The notes below the pieces were generated by a model that saw nothing but the letters and a program-made list of their open reading frames with translations, ran no database searches and was not told the DNA's origin. The position numbers and the translations under genes were made by a program. 64,000 nt of DNA from Longimicrobiales bacterium. Its GTDB lineage: Bacteria > Gemmatimonadota > Gemmatimonadetes > Longimicrobiales > Gaopeijiaceae. The stretch is taken from the NCBI GenBank assembly GCA_965202985.1, contig CBDBCF010000001.1, forward strand, positions 384,001-448,000. Reading direction: 5' to 3'. Below, piece after piece: positions 22,701 through 30,514 of this stretch; within the stretch, counting starts at the first letter, position 1; each line of letters starts with the position of its first letter.

Positions 22701-25700
22701 GTCACCGTCGCAACCACCGTGTCGCCGCGCTCGAACGTGCCGCCCGGCGCCGCCGCCACCGTCAACCCCGCGACACCCGGCGGACCCAGCCCGCCGTTCA
22801 CCTTGTGCGAAGCGTCGTTCGTCACCGCGCTCGAACCCAGCCCCAGCGACGCGGCCGCAGCGCCCGGACGCACGTCGGCGATCGCGCCGCCGTTCAGCGT
22901 CAGCGCGCCCGCCGCGATGCTGAGCCCGTCCGCGTCCACGTCCGCCGGACGAATCGCGTAACCGAACACCAGCGTGTCCGCCTTGCTCGTCGCCGACTCC
23001 CAGCCCGCCTGCCGCGTCTGCGTACCGATCGTCAGCGCCAAGCGCGGCGCGCCCGTCACCGCCACCGGTCGGCCGAACGCCACCTTCACCTCGATCGACT
23101 CGCCCAACTGGTACGTCTGACCGCTCGCCGGAGCGCTCGATATCGTCACCGCGCTCACAGCCGGCGTCGTGAACGTACTGCCAGACACCCTGTGGCCGCC
23201 GCTGTTCGTCACCACCACGCCCGCGCCCAGCCCCAACGTCGCGTCCAGCGTCCCGCCCGCCAGACGGATCGTCCCGCCGCTCAACGTCAACGCGCCCGCC
23301 CCGATGCTCAATCCGTCGGCGTCCGCGTCGCCGCTCGCCACCACATACCGGAACACCAGCCCCGTCGTCCCCGAACCGCTCGCGTAGCTCGCCTGCCTCG
23401 TCGCGCTCCCGATCGTCAGCGCGAGACGCGGCGTGCCCGTCACGTCCACCGCGCGGTTGAACACCAGCTCGACCTCGATCGTCTCGCCACGCTCGAACAC
23501 ATCGCCCACCACGGGAGAACCGATCGTCAGCGACGTCACCCCCGGCGGACCCAGGCTCCCGTTCACCTTGTGCGCAGCAGCGTTCGTTATCGCGTGCGTG
23601 CCCAGCCCCAAGCTCGCATTCGCCGTGCCGCCCGAAAGCACGATCGTCCCGCCGTTCAGCGTCAGCGCGCTCGCTGCGATGCTGATGCCGTTCGCGTCCG
23701 CGTCCGCAGCAACCACCACGTACCGGAACACCAGCGTCCGCGTACCGCTCCCGCTCGCGTAGCTCGCCTGACGCGTCAGCGTGTCGATCGACAACGCCAG
23801 CTGCGGCGCCCCCGTCACCGCCACCAAACGCTCGAACTCGACCTCCACCTCGATCGCCTCCGTGCGTCCGTACGTGCTGTCGCTCGCCGGCGCGCTCGAT
23901 ATCGCCACGCCGCTCACCGCCGGCGCCACCTCCTTCGTCCCGTCGACCTGGTACGCCACCGCGTCCGCGAAGTTCCACGGAACCAGCGACAGCCGAGCGT
24001 CCGTCGCCGTCCCCGTCGCTCGAATCGTCGCGCCGCCCGGCAACGTCAGAGCGTTCGCTCCGATGCTGATGCCCGTCGAGTCCGCGTCCGCCGCAACCAC
24101 CGTGTAGCAGAACACCAAGATGTTGCCGCTCGTTACCGCGTCGCACTGCGCAGCGCTCCGCGTCTGCGAACCGATCCCCAACGCCAGTCGCGGCGTGCCC
24201 GTCGCCGTCACGCCCGCGTTGAACCCGACCCCCACGCGTATCTCGTCCCCAAGTCCGAACACGCTGTCCGTGCTCGCGTACGACAGCCCGCTGTTCGTCG
24301 CCGACATGAAGAACGCGCTCGTCACGTACGGAACGGCGCCCGAAACCTTGTGCGCCGATGCGTTCGAAAACACGTGCAAGCCCAACGCCAAGTCCGCCGC
24401 GTCCGACCAGAGCCGACCGTCCACAATCGTGTCCGCCGCGCTCACCGCCAAAGCGCCCGCACCCACGCTGATCCCGTCCGCGTCCGCGTCCGTCGCCTGT
24501 ACCACGTACCGGAACGTCACCCGCTTGAACGTCGCGTCCCTGCGGTTGTACTCCGCCTGACGCGTCGAGTCGCCGACCTCCAACGCCAGACGCGGCGTCC
24601 CCCCCACGTACACGCCCCGCACGAACTCCACCTCCACCTCGATCGCCTCGCCCCCCAAGTACGTGTCCCCAACCACAGGACTGCTCGTTATCCTCAACCC
24701 CTTCACCACCGGCGTCGTCCGCGTGTTGCCCGCAACCTTGTGCGCAGCACTGTTCGCGATCGCATGGCCGCTCAGGCCCAACACCGCGTCCGTCGTCGTG
24801 CCCATCCGCCGGATCGTACCCCCGGACGGAGTCTCCAATGCGCTCGCGCCGATGCTGATCCCGTCCGCGTCCGCATCCGTCTGGAACACTGTGTACTCGA
24901 ACTCCAACGACGTCGTACCCGAACCCCTCTCGTACCACGCGTTCCGCAAGCTCGAGCCGATCCCGAGCCGAACCCGCGGCCTGTTTGCGCCCGTGCCCGT
25001 CACCGTCACCGCAGCGTTGAACTCCACCGTCACGACCACCACGTCGCTCAACTCGAACGTGCTGTCCGTCGGAGCATCGCCAATCGACACCCCCGTCACC
25101 ACCGGACGGTCGCCCGCAACCTTGTGCGCCCCAGCGTTCGCGATCGCATGAGTGCCCAGTCCCAGCTCCGCCGTCACCGTCCCGCCCGCCTTGTTGATCG
25201 TCCCGCCGTTCAATCCCAACGCGCTCGCTGCGATGCTCAACCCGTCCGCGTCAGCGTCCGTCGCCGCCACCGTGTAACGGAACGTCAGCGAATCCGTGCC
25301 GCTCCCCACCGCGTAGCCCGCCTGTCGCGTCGCCGCACCGATCCCCAACGCCACCTGCGGCGTGCCCACAACGTCCACCGCTTCGCTGAACTTCACCCAC
25401 ACCTCGATCCGGTGGCCCACCCCGTACGTGCCGTCCGAGCCCGTCGCGCTCGCCAAACCCGCGCCCGCCACCACCGGCACGCCCTGCAATCCGTCCACCT
25501 TGTGCGCAGCAGCGTTCGCCACCGCGTGCGCGCCCAGCGACAAGTCCGCCCGCGCCGTGCCCCCGACGCGCGTGATCGGAGTCGCGTAGTTCCTGAAAGC
25601 GTTCGCCGGGATGCTGATCCCGTCCGCGTCCGCGTCCGCACGCGTCACCGTGTATCGGAAGAACACGTCGTCCGCGTCCTTCGAGTACCAGCCCGCCGCC

Positions 25701-27112
25701 CGAACGTTGTCCCCGATCTCCAGGTTCAGCGTCATGTTGCCCAGAAAGTTCGGCGTCACCACCGGACGGTCGAACTGAACCCGCACGTTGATGTTGTCCC
25801 CCGCAGCGTACGTCGAGTCCGTCCCCGCGCCGCTCAAGAACGTCACCGCCGATATCCTCGGCACGATCAGCCCGCCGTTCACCTTGTGCGCACCAGCGTT
25901 TGCGACAGCGTGACTGCCGAGCGACAACGTCGCGTCCACCGTCGTGCCCGCGTTCCTGATCGTGGCGCCGGACGGAACCGACAGCGCGCTCGCGCCGATG
26001 CTCAGTCCGTTCGCGTCCACGTCCGCAGACGCCACCACGTACTCGAACAACAGCGAGTCCGTGCCCGTCCCGCTCGCGTAGGACGCCTGCCTAGTCTGCG
26101 TGCCGATCCCTAAAGCCAGCTGCGGCGTCCCCGTCACGTCCACGTTCCCGCTGAACACCACTGCCACACGAATCCGCTCCGGCCGCCCGTAAGTGCTGTC
26201 CGCAGCTACCGGCGTGCTCGCCAACGCCACACCGGTCACCGTGACCGGTTGAATACCCACCTTGTGGGCCGCCGCGTTCGTGATCGCATGGCTGCCCAAA
26301 CTCAGGATCGCGTTCTTCGTCCCCAGCCGGATAGTGCCGCTGTTCAGGGCCAGCGCGCTCGCGCCGATGCTGATCCCGTTCGTGTCTTCGTCCGCCGCCA
26401 CTACCACGTACCGGAACACCAGCGACGCCGTTCCCGTCCCGCTCGCGTAGTTCGCCTGCCGCGTCGAGTCGCCCACCGTCAACGCCAGCTGCGGCGTCCC
26501 CGTCACCGCCACCGTCGAGTCGAACGCCACCGTCACCGCAATCGTGTCCCCAATAGAGTACGTGTTGTCCGAACCCGCGCTGCTGCTGATCGTCACCCCC
26601 GTCACCTTGGGATACCCCTGGGTGCCGTCCACCTTGTGCGCAGCTGCGTTCGTGATCGCGTGGCTGCCCAAGCTCAGGTTGGCGAAGTCGCCTGATGCGG
26701 TGGTTTCCACGGAATTGGCGTGAAACGAGTGGGTGGAGATTCCGTCCGCGTCCATGTCCGACGTCTGCACAAGGTACCACATCTCAAACCAGCTTACCCC
26801 TCCGTCCGGGGTTACGGCGGAGGAGGGGGCATCCGAGCCAAAGCCGCTAATGATGCCATGCACCGCATCTCTGTTGACCGACCCGATCGTAATCCTCAAG
26901 GGGATACCTTGATTGTCGGTGTAGACGTTTACGGAGAGCGACCAATACGCCCTGATCTTGATGGTGTCGCCCGCCGCGTACGTGCTGTCCGAACCCGCAG
27001 AGCTGACGATCTTCAGACTGTCCAGGCGCGCGGACTGGGCGCTCAGCGGCGCCGTGGTCCCGAACGCCGCCAGCAGGCCGAGGGCCGCGAGCGCTGTTCT
27101 CGCTACCGGCAT
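16739..27112 (-). CDS. Giant autotransporter-like surface adhesin: signal peptide, 17 ~130-aa beta repeats, 5 cadherin repeats plus 1 Ig/cadherin-like domain, C-terminal beta-barrel
   Basis: 3457 aa. Signal 'ALAALGLLAAFG..LSA'; cadherin 'FELAEN..A.DPD..DVNEAP'; barrel region ('WTVWGQ','YLGLDY','LYPY') ending in terminal F. Confidence 0.88.
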   Translation of the reverse strand: MPVARTALAALGLLAAFGTTAPLSAQSARLDSLKIVSSAGSDSTYAAGDTIKIRAYWSLSVNVYTDNQGIPLRITIGSVNRDAVHGIISGFGSDAPSSAVTPDGGVSWFEMWYLVQTSDMDADGISTHSFHANSVETTASGDFANLSLGSHAITNAAAHKVDGTQGYPKVTGVTISSSAGSDNTYSIGDTIAVTVAFDSTVAVTGTPQLALTVGDSTRQANYASGTGTASLVFRYVVVAADEDTNGISIGASALALNSGTIRLGTKNAILSLGSHAITNAAAHKVGIQPVTVTGVALASTPVAADSTYGRPERIRVAVVFSGNVDVTGTPQLALGIGTQTRQASYASGTGTDSLLFEYVVASADVDANGLSIGASALSVPSGATIRNAGTTVDATLSLGSHAVANAGAHKVNGGLIVPRISAVTFLSGAGTDSTYAAGDNINVRVQFDRPVVTPNFLGNMTLNLEIGDNVRAAGWYSKDADDVFFRYTVTRADADADGISIPANAFRNYATPITRVGGTARADLSLGAHAVANAAAHKVDGLQGVPVVAGAGLASATGSDGTYGVGHRIEVWVKFSEAVDVVGTPQVALGIGAATRQAGYAVGSGTDSLTFRYTVAATDADADGLSIAASALGLNGGTINKAGGTVTAELGLGTHAIANAGAHKVAGDRPVVTGVSIGDAPTDSTFELSDVVVVTVEFNAAVTVTGTGANRPRVRLGIGSSLRNAWYERGSGTTSLEFEYTVFQTDADADGISIGASALETPSGGTIRRMGTTTDAVLGLSGHAIANSAAHKVAGNTRTTPVVKGLRITSSPVVGDTYLGGEAIEVEVEFVRGVYVGGTPRLALEVGDSTRQAEYNRRDATFKRVTFRYVVQATDADADGISVGAGALAVSAADTIVDGRLWSDAADLALGLHVFSNASAHKVSGAVPYVTSAFFMSATNSGLSYASTDSVFGLGDEIRVGVGFNAGVTATGTPRLALGIGSQTRSAAQCDAVTSGNILVFCYTVVAADADSTGISIGANALTLPGGATIRATGTATDARLSLVPWNFADAVAYQVDGTKEVAPAVSGVAISSAPASDSTYGRTEAIEVEVEFERLVAVTGAPQLALSIDTLTRQASYASGSGTRTLVFRYVVVAADADANGISIAASALTLNGGTIVLSGGTANASLGLGTHAITNAAAHKVNGSLGPPGVTSLTIGSPVVGDVFERGETIEVELVFNRAVDVTGTPRLALTIGSATRQASYASGSGTTGLVFRYVVASGDADADGLSIGAGALTLSGGTIRLAGGTLDATLGLGAGVVVTNSGGHRVSGSTFTTPAVSAVTISSAPASGQTYQLGESIEVKVAFGRPVAVTGAPRLALTIGTQTRQAGWESATSKADTLVFGYAIRPADVDADGLSIAAGALTLNGGAIADVRPGAAAASLGLGSSAVTNDASHKVNGGLGPPGVAGLTVAAAPGGTFERGDTVVATVTFNKAVDVTGGPRLALGIGSQTRQAAYASGTGTAALVFRYVVATADADADGLSIGASALALNGGTIDVAGGATDALLSLEHHAIDDDGALRVAGGTFTAASVSGATITSSPAGGGTYGLSEEIGVDVTFNRNVAVTGSPELALTIGTQTRQASYVTTTGGRVLSFAYTVVAADADGNGLSIGASALSLNGGTIADARDANEAASLGLGGHAISNSGSHRVDGTQGPPGVSGVSIASPPIGDTFERGDTVVATVVFNKAVDVTGTPQLALGIGSTTKQASYASGTGTASLVFRYVVVTADADADGISIAASALALNGGTIDVAGGTVDAVLGLGTHAVTNSADHKVAGGTFTAASVSGVSLTSSPAVATTYGRDESIEVQVTFNRPVTVTGTPRVALTVGAQTRQADYASGTGTRALTFRYTVVAADADADGIEVGASALALNSGAIADARDGTTAAALGLGSHALSAAAGHKVDGTLAGASVTGVAVSSAPESGDTYGLGERIEVQVTFDRAVTVTGAPELALTVGAVARQASYAGGSGTATLSFAYRVQGAGSGGSGTGGVDADADGIGVAAAALTLNGGTIVNTADGVRPATLALGAHAIAAAANDKVDGTVEVAPVVVGVAVTSEPVATGLYGAGGVIRVEVTFSRPVDVAGASSSPALAASMSAATAANTAAARLALDVGGTTRHARYVSGSGTAVLAFEYVVRPADRDPDGISIPTDALAEAAGALRIAGGTTLAALDLGAHAVTDLTDHAVNGAGSLDPVFGRLEYEFELAENVAGPLPLGEVVATSPLGAEMRYGLESGGEGLFEVDVSSGVVTYVGGGEDAEQRSEYVMLVVAVTGGVGEGEQLETLAKVMVKVVNENDEAPSFVEDGWRFELAEDAAGPLVLGVLEAVDPDEGDTLTYALVAGDRERFELDGETGELRYVGGGEDYETSVGMWRLEATATDLVGRTARTTATVAVADVNEAPSFVDSAYAFELAENVAGPLVLGVVRATDPDRDDPPAYSLAEGDAERFEVDAVTGEVRYVGAGEDAETGPESWVLEVRATDRGGIAASAVVVVALLDRNEAPVFAAERYEWEFEENVAGPLVLGMVEAADPDRADTLVYSLSGEDAALFEVDAATGEVRYAGAGEDYEAGPASWEFEVVATDGEGLAARAVATVALLDVNEAPAFADSAYAFELAENAAGPLTLGVVEATDPDRGDAPAYSLAEGDAARFEMDAVTGEVRYVGAGEDYEAGPPAFALTVRAMDAGGLTAEAAVTVTLLDVNEGPEAVGAMSPKTLEAYGDAVEEELGRYFRDPDGDALAYAVESSSPSVADATVTGAGRLSIAPQAIGEAVVTVRASDPGGLSAVQQVRVTVDASRSERARALELTLAAFGRSLGTETVEAIGGRLGLGSSGALGRSHVQLGGRSLACGAVGASGFGGAANAADGQADDGESNSAAVGSGECGLESLVRGATGLLGLQIAHPGSPDAAGGTVDLAALLFGDGRSRPGAGSAGGMAGMGGAYQGQQQADAGRADRTGGLTFNPVDARGMRSQSSFQLSFGGSTGAADAGPAGASVSSQAAVRSGWTVWGQANLGEFEGRPQDGFAMDGRTRSAYLGLDYRFASGVLMGLAGSRSDMEAGFDSRINGAGSVDARLTSLYPYLHWSSSGGFGVWGLAGAGRGDATLDESAGGRFDTDLEMRMGALGVRQELTGGLALKADAFAVRILSDEVAGLAGVTADAQRVRLAPEIGGQWQLGGGLAMRTRFEVGGRFDGGDAETGMGAEAGAEVGLAHQASGFSVTARGRALLVHQERDFKDWGAGFSLRLQPGGGGEGEGGGLSFSVEPTWGDAGGGARTLWQGGADVWRTAGAGGFGAPGRIARPVGANIPASPEFRQSQGEASAQGAPSWTPDRVAMEVGYGVLLPGGTQVKPFGRWSREGPTGQRVNVGTRWSLLGGLTTGQEPAAPGPGLRLMMDLFGEHVASGVQPPEHRIGLSGRIVF
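18615..20410 (-). repeat. Tandem cadherin-like domains inside the adhesin
   Basis: Five ~100-aa units with LxEN / DPD / DxNEAP Ca-binding motifs plus a 'FRDPDGD.L.Y' unit. Confidence 0.85.
20425..27035 (-). repeat. 17 tandem ~390-bp coding repeats inside the adhesin
   Basis: Consensus V.GV.I.S.P...TY..GE.I.V.V.F...V.VTG.P.LAL.IG..TRQA.Y.SG.GT..L.F.Y.V...D.DADG.SI...AL.LNGGTI...HKV.G; counted by eye. Confidence 0.88.
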
Positions 27113-27147
27113 CGCGTGCGTCCAGAACGCGCGGGCCGGGCCGGTCG

Positions 27148-27191
27148 AAAAAAAGGGGGGGGGGGGGGGGGGGGGGGGGGGGAGGGGGGGG
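27148..27191. repeat. Homopolymer A7-G28-A-G8 (poly-C on the adhesin coding strand)
   Basis: Read directly; lies between ATG 27212 and ATG 27112. Confidence 0.9.
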
Positions 27192-27261
27192 CGTCGGGCG
27201 AGTGTTGGTCATTGGGGTCGGCTCCGGTTCCGGGTACTGTCTGAATCTCTAAATCCAATCC

Positions 27262-27290
27262 ACCATACCCGTGTTGGTTCTAGGCTGCAA
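27262..27290 (-). promoter_or_regulatory. Putative sigma70 promoter of the adhesin
   Basis: TTGCAG-17 bp-TATGGT about 50 nt upstream of ATG 27212. Confidence 0.5.
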
Positions 27291-27417
27291 GGGCGGTGGC
27301 TTCCACCTCGACCAGGGCCATCGGGTGGACTGTCGTCCGGCGGGCTACATGTTCGCCAGCCAAGCGCGCGTGTCCGATGAAGCCAGTCAGGCTTTATCTT
27401 AGGAGAGGCCCAAAAAG

Positions 27418-27442
27418 TTGAATAGCCCGATCCATTATTCAA
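27418..27442. promoter_or_regulatory. Inverted repeat upstream of fic (candidate operator)
   Basis: TTGAATA-N11-TATTCAA in an AT-rich patch. Confidence 0.5.
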
Positions 27443-27493
27443 GTTCCCTCAAATAAACGGAGGCTCGGGCATGAAGCGGGAGGCTCGGGAGCC

Positions 27494-28667
27494 ATGAAGC
27501 GAGAAGGGACTGGCCGGTACGAGACGACGACGGCCGGGGGCGAGCGCATTCGAGCGTTCGTGCCAGCGCCGCTGCCGCCGAATCCCCCTCTGCGCCTGGA
27601 CGGGCCGCTCCATCGGCGGCTGGAATCGGCCGTGCTGGCGCTGGGCCGGCTGGACAGCGTCTCGATCCTCCTTCCCGACGACAACCTCTTCATCTATTCG
27701 TACATTCGCAAGGAGGCGGTGCTGTCCTCGCAGATCGAGGGAACGCAGTCGTCGTTGGCCGACCTGCTGTTCTTCGAGATGGAGGAGGCGCCCGGAGTTC
27801 CGCGCGACGACGCCCGGGAGGTGTCGAACTACGTTTGCCGCGCTCCGGCACGGCCTTCGCCGATTGCGGGAGGGCTTCCCCTTGTCCAACCGCTTGATCC
27901 GGGAAGTGCACGCCGTGCTGATGTCGGGGGGTCGCGGCACCCATGCGACCCCCGGCGAGTTTCGTCGCTCCCAGAACTGGATCGGGGGTTCCAGGCCCGG
28001 AAACGCCGTCTTCGTGCCGCCGCCCCACACGGCGGTGCAAAACTGCATGGCGGATTTGGAGCGCTTCCTTCACGACGCCGCCGACGGACTGCCGACCGTG
28101 GTCAAGGCCGGCATCGCCCACGTTCAGTTCGAGACGATTCACCCCTTCTTGGACGGCAACGGCCGGGTGGGACGCCTGCTCGTCTCCCTCCTGCTCGGCC
28201 ACGCCGGCGTGCTGCGCCAGCCGCTCCTCTACCTGAGCCTCTTCCTGAAGCGGCACCGTCAAGAGTACTACCGGCTGCTCGACCACGTACGACGGACGGG
28301 CGACTGGGAAGCTTGGCTCGGCTTCTTCCTGGAGGGGGTCGAAACGACGGCGCAAGGTGCGGTCTCGACGGCTCGGCAACTCGACCGAACGTTTCGGCGC
28401 GACTACGACCGCATCCGCGCGGACGCGGGACGAAGGGCCAGTTCCGTTCTGCGAGTGCACGAAGCCCTCAAGGCACGGGTCGTCGTGTCGCTCGGGATCG
28501 CCGCGAAAGCCACCGGCCTGACGTTCCCGACGGTCTCGCGGGCCATGGACCTGCTGGGCGACTACGGCATCGCCCGGGAGTTGACGGGGGCGGCGCGCAA
28601 CCGCGTGTACGCCTACGGAGAATACTTGGCGATCCTCAACAAGGGGGTGGACGAACCACCGGGGTAA
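27494..28667 (+). pseudogene. Fic family protein (Fic_N + Fic + C-terminal HTH) with +1 frameshift
   Basis: 'EAVLSSQIEGT' and 'HPFLDGNGRVGR'. An extra T at ~27834-27836 (TAC GTT T GCC GCG CTC) splits 'VSNYV|AALRHG'. Confidence 0.85.
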
Positions 28668-28678
28668 CGCGGCTCGGC

Positions 28679-30244
28679 CTACGAGATCCCCACCCGCCCG
28701 CGCACGTCCTCCAGCATCTTGGGCGAGTCGTAGCCCACGCCGTCCTTGAAGACCAGCACGACGTTGCGGATCGCCGACGGGTCGGCGGTCAGGTCGCCGG
28801 TCATGACGATCAGGTCGGCGATCTTGCCGACCTCCACCGTGCCCAGGTCGTCGAGCACGTCCAGCACGCGGGCGCCGTTCGCGCTGACGACCTTCACGGC
28901 GTCGGCGGGCGAGAACCCGGCCTCGATCAGCAGCTCGTAGTTGCGCTGGTCGCCGTAGCCGGGCAGCGCGCCGCCGTTTCCGGTGGGGTCGACGCCCGCC
29001 GCCAGGACGCCGCCCGCGTCGTGGAACGCCTTCTCGTAGGCCATGGCGTTCTTGAGCCACTCGACGGGATAGCCGGTCTCGTCGATCTGCGCCTTGCTGG
29101 CCAGGTAGTCCTCTCGAACGGCGGGCGCCATGGCGTCCAAGGTGCGCTGATCCTGCACGGGGCGGCCCTGGAAGAAGAGCTCGTAGACGGCCAGCGTGGA
29201 GGTCATCGGCACGCCGGCGTCGATCATCGCCTTGAAGGTCTCGGCGACCTGGGGACTTGCAATGTCCACTTGGGTCGCGAACGCCAGCAGGTCCGACGGG
29301 CACTCGTCCTTGGCGCGGTCCGGCGAGTAGTCGCTGTTGGTGGGCAGGCCGTGCTCGATGTTGTCGATCCCCAGCGCCACCGCCTCCGTGAAGCTGATCG
29401 AGCACAGGTGGCCCGTCACCTTGATCCCCTGCTTGTGCGCTTCGTCTATTGCGGCACCCAGCTCCTCCGAGCGGATGTTGGTGTACGCCTTCAACCACGT
29501 GGCGCCCTCGGCGGCCCAGTAGCGCACGAAGCGCCGGGCCTGCTCGGGCGACTCCAGCATCGTCATCGTGGACACGCCGCCCCCGGCCGTGATGTAGGGG
29601 GCGGTGACGTGGATGCGCGGCCCCGGCACGCTTCCGCGCTCGATCTCGGCGCGCAGGTTGATCTCGGCGAAGGGCTGGCGGCTGCCCGTGGTGCGCACGG
29701 TCGTGACGCCGCTTCCCAGGTAGAGCCGGGGCGCGCTGTAGGTGAGCTGCGCGGCCCGACCCCCGGCGGCGGTGTAGTACAGGTGGTTGTGCAGCCCCAC
29801 CATCCCCGGAACGACCGTGTGGCCCGACAGGTCCATGACCTCGGCGCCGTCGGGGATTGCGACCTGCTCGGCCCCTCCGACGGCCGCGATCCGGTTTCCT
29901 TCGATCACGACCGTCTGGTTTTGCAGCATCGGCCCGCCGGTGCCGTCCAGCACGGCGACGCCCCGAAGCGCCACGGCCTCGGCGTCGACTGCCACGTAGG
30001 ACGCGGCCGGGGAGCCGGGGACCGGGCGCTGGGCGGATGCCGAACCGGGGGCAAGGGCAACGACAGGAGTCGTCGCAACCAAGACCGCGAGCAGGCAGGG
30101 AAGTGCCGGAGGCGGAACGGGGCGTCGTCGGCTGGCATGATCTGTCGTCGGTCGGGGCGCGCCAAGCGTGCGGGACGACCTGCCGAGACCTCCGGCACCG
30201 TCAAGCGCGTTCCCCATGTTCTTCGTCGTCGTGTGCGTCGTCAT
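28679..30244 (-). CDS. Secreted amidohydrolase-family protein
   Basis: 'PGMVGLHNHL', 'SGVTTVR', 'GHL', 'IEHG', 'GVD', 'GTVEVGKIADLIV'. Hydrophobic signal-like segment; GGAG before ATG 30244. Confidence 0.88.
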   Translation of the reverse strand: MTTHTTTKNMGNALDGAGGLGRSSRTLGAPRPTTDHASRRRPVPPPALPCLLAVLVATTPVVALAPGSASAQRPVPGSPAASYVAVDAEAVALRGVAVLDGTGGPMLQNQTVVIEGNRIAAVGGAEQVAIPDGAEVMDLSGHTVVPGMVGLHNHLYYTAAGGRAAQLTYSAPRLYLGSGVTTVRTTGSRQPFAEINLRAEIERGSVPGPRIHVTAPYITAGGGVSTMTMLESPEQARRFVRYWAAEGATWLKAYTNIRSEELGAAIDEAHKQGIKVTGHLCSISFTEAVALGIDNIEHGLPTNSDYSPDRAKDECPSDLLAFATQVDIASPQVAETFKAMIDAGVPMTSTLAVYELFFQGRPVQDQRTLDAMAPAVREDYLASKAQIDETGYPVEWLKNAMAYEKAFHDAGGVLAAGVDPTGNGGALPGYGDQRNYELLIEAGFSPADAVKVVSANGARVLDVLDDLGTVEVGKIADLIVMTGDLTADPSAIRNVVLVFKDGVGYDSPKMLEDVRGRVGIS

Positions 30245-30410
30245 CCGTTCTCCCTGGTGCTGTCGATTCGTCGGCTGTGTTGGCGACTCTCGGCGGCCGC
30301 GATCCCCGGTGCTCTCTCGTCGGACCGAGACCGGACGCCGCGCCAAGCGCATTATGGAGTCGGCGCTGCCGTCCCGCCAGCGGAACCCCGGCGGCGGCGT
30401 ATTCGGGAGG

Positions 30411-30505
30411 ACATGGATCAGACAAGACAACATGGCGAATTTATAGGAAAATGGTAAAATCAAGCAGACATGGCATAGTCTGGCAAACATGGCATAATCG
30501 AGAGA
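30411..30505. repeat. Five degenerate 19-bp tandem units with A(C/A)ATGG core
   Basis: ACATGG at 30411, 30430, 30468 and 30487, AAATGG at 30449: exact 19-bp phase. Confidence 0.75.
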
Positions 30506-30514
30506 TTTGGCGCC

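Noticed and set aside
17933..26113. 2726-aa plus-strand ORF
   Set aside because: Antisense shadow of the GC-rich repetitive adhesin; Arg/His-rich with no motifs.
23950..27035. Diversity-generating retroelement target in the adhesin
   Set aside because: No reverse transcriptase and no template/variable repeat pair differing at adenines seen in the window.
27494..30457. 987-aa ORF beginning with the Fic N-terminus
   Set aside because: Product of the fic frameshift reading on antisense through the amidohydrolase.
30411..30505. CRISPR array
   Set aside because: Conserved core is only ~6 nt with a 19-nt period and no cas genes; kept as an unexplained array instead.
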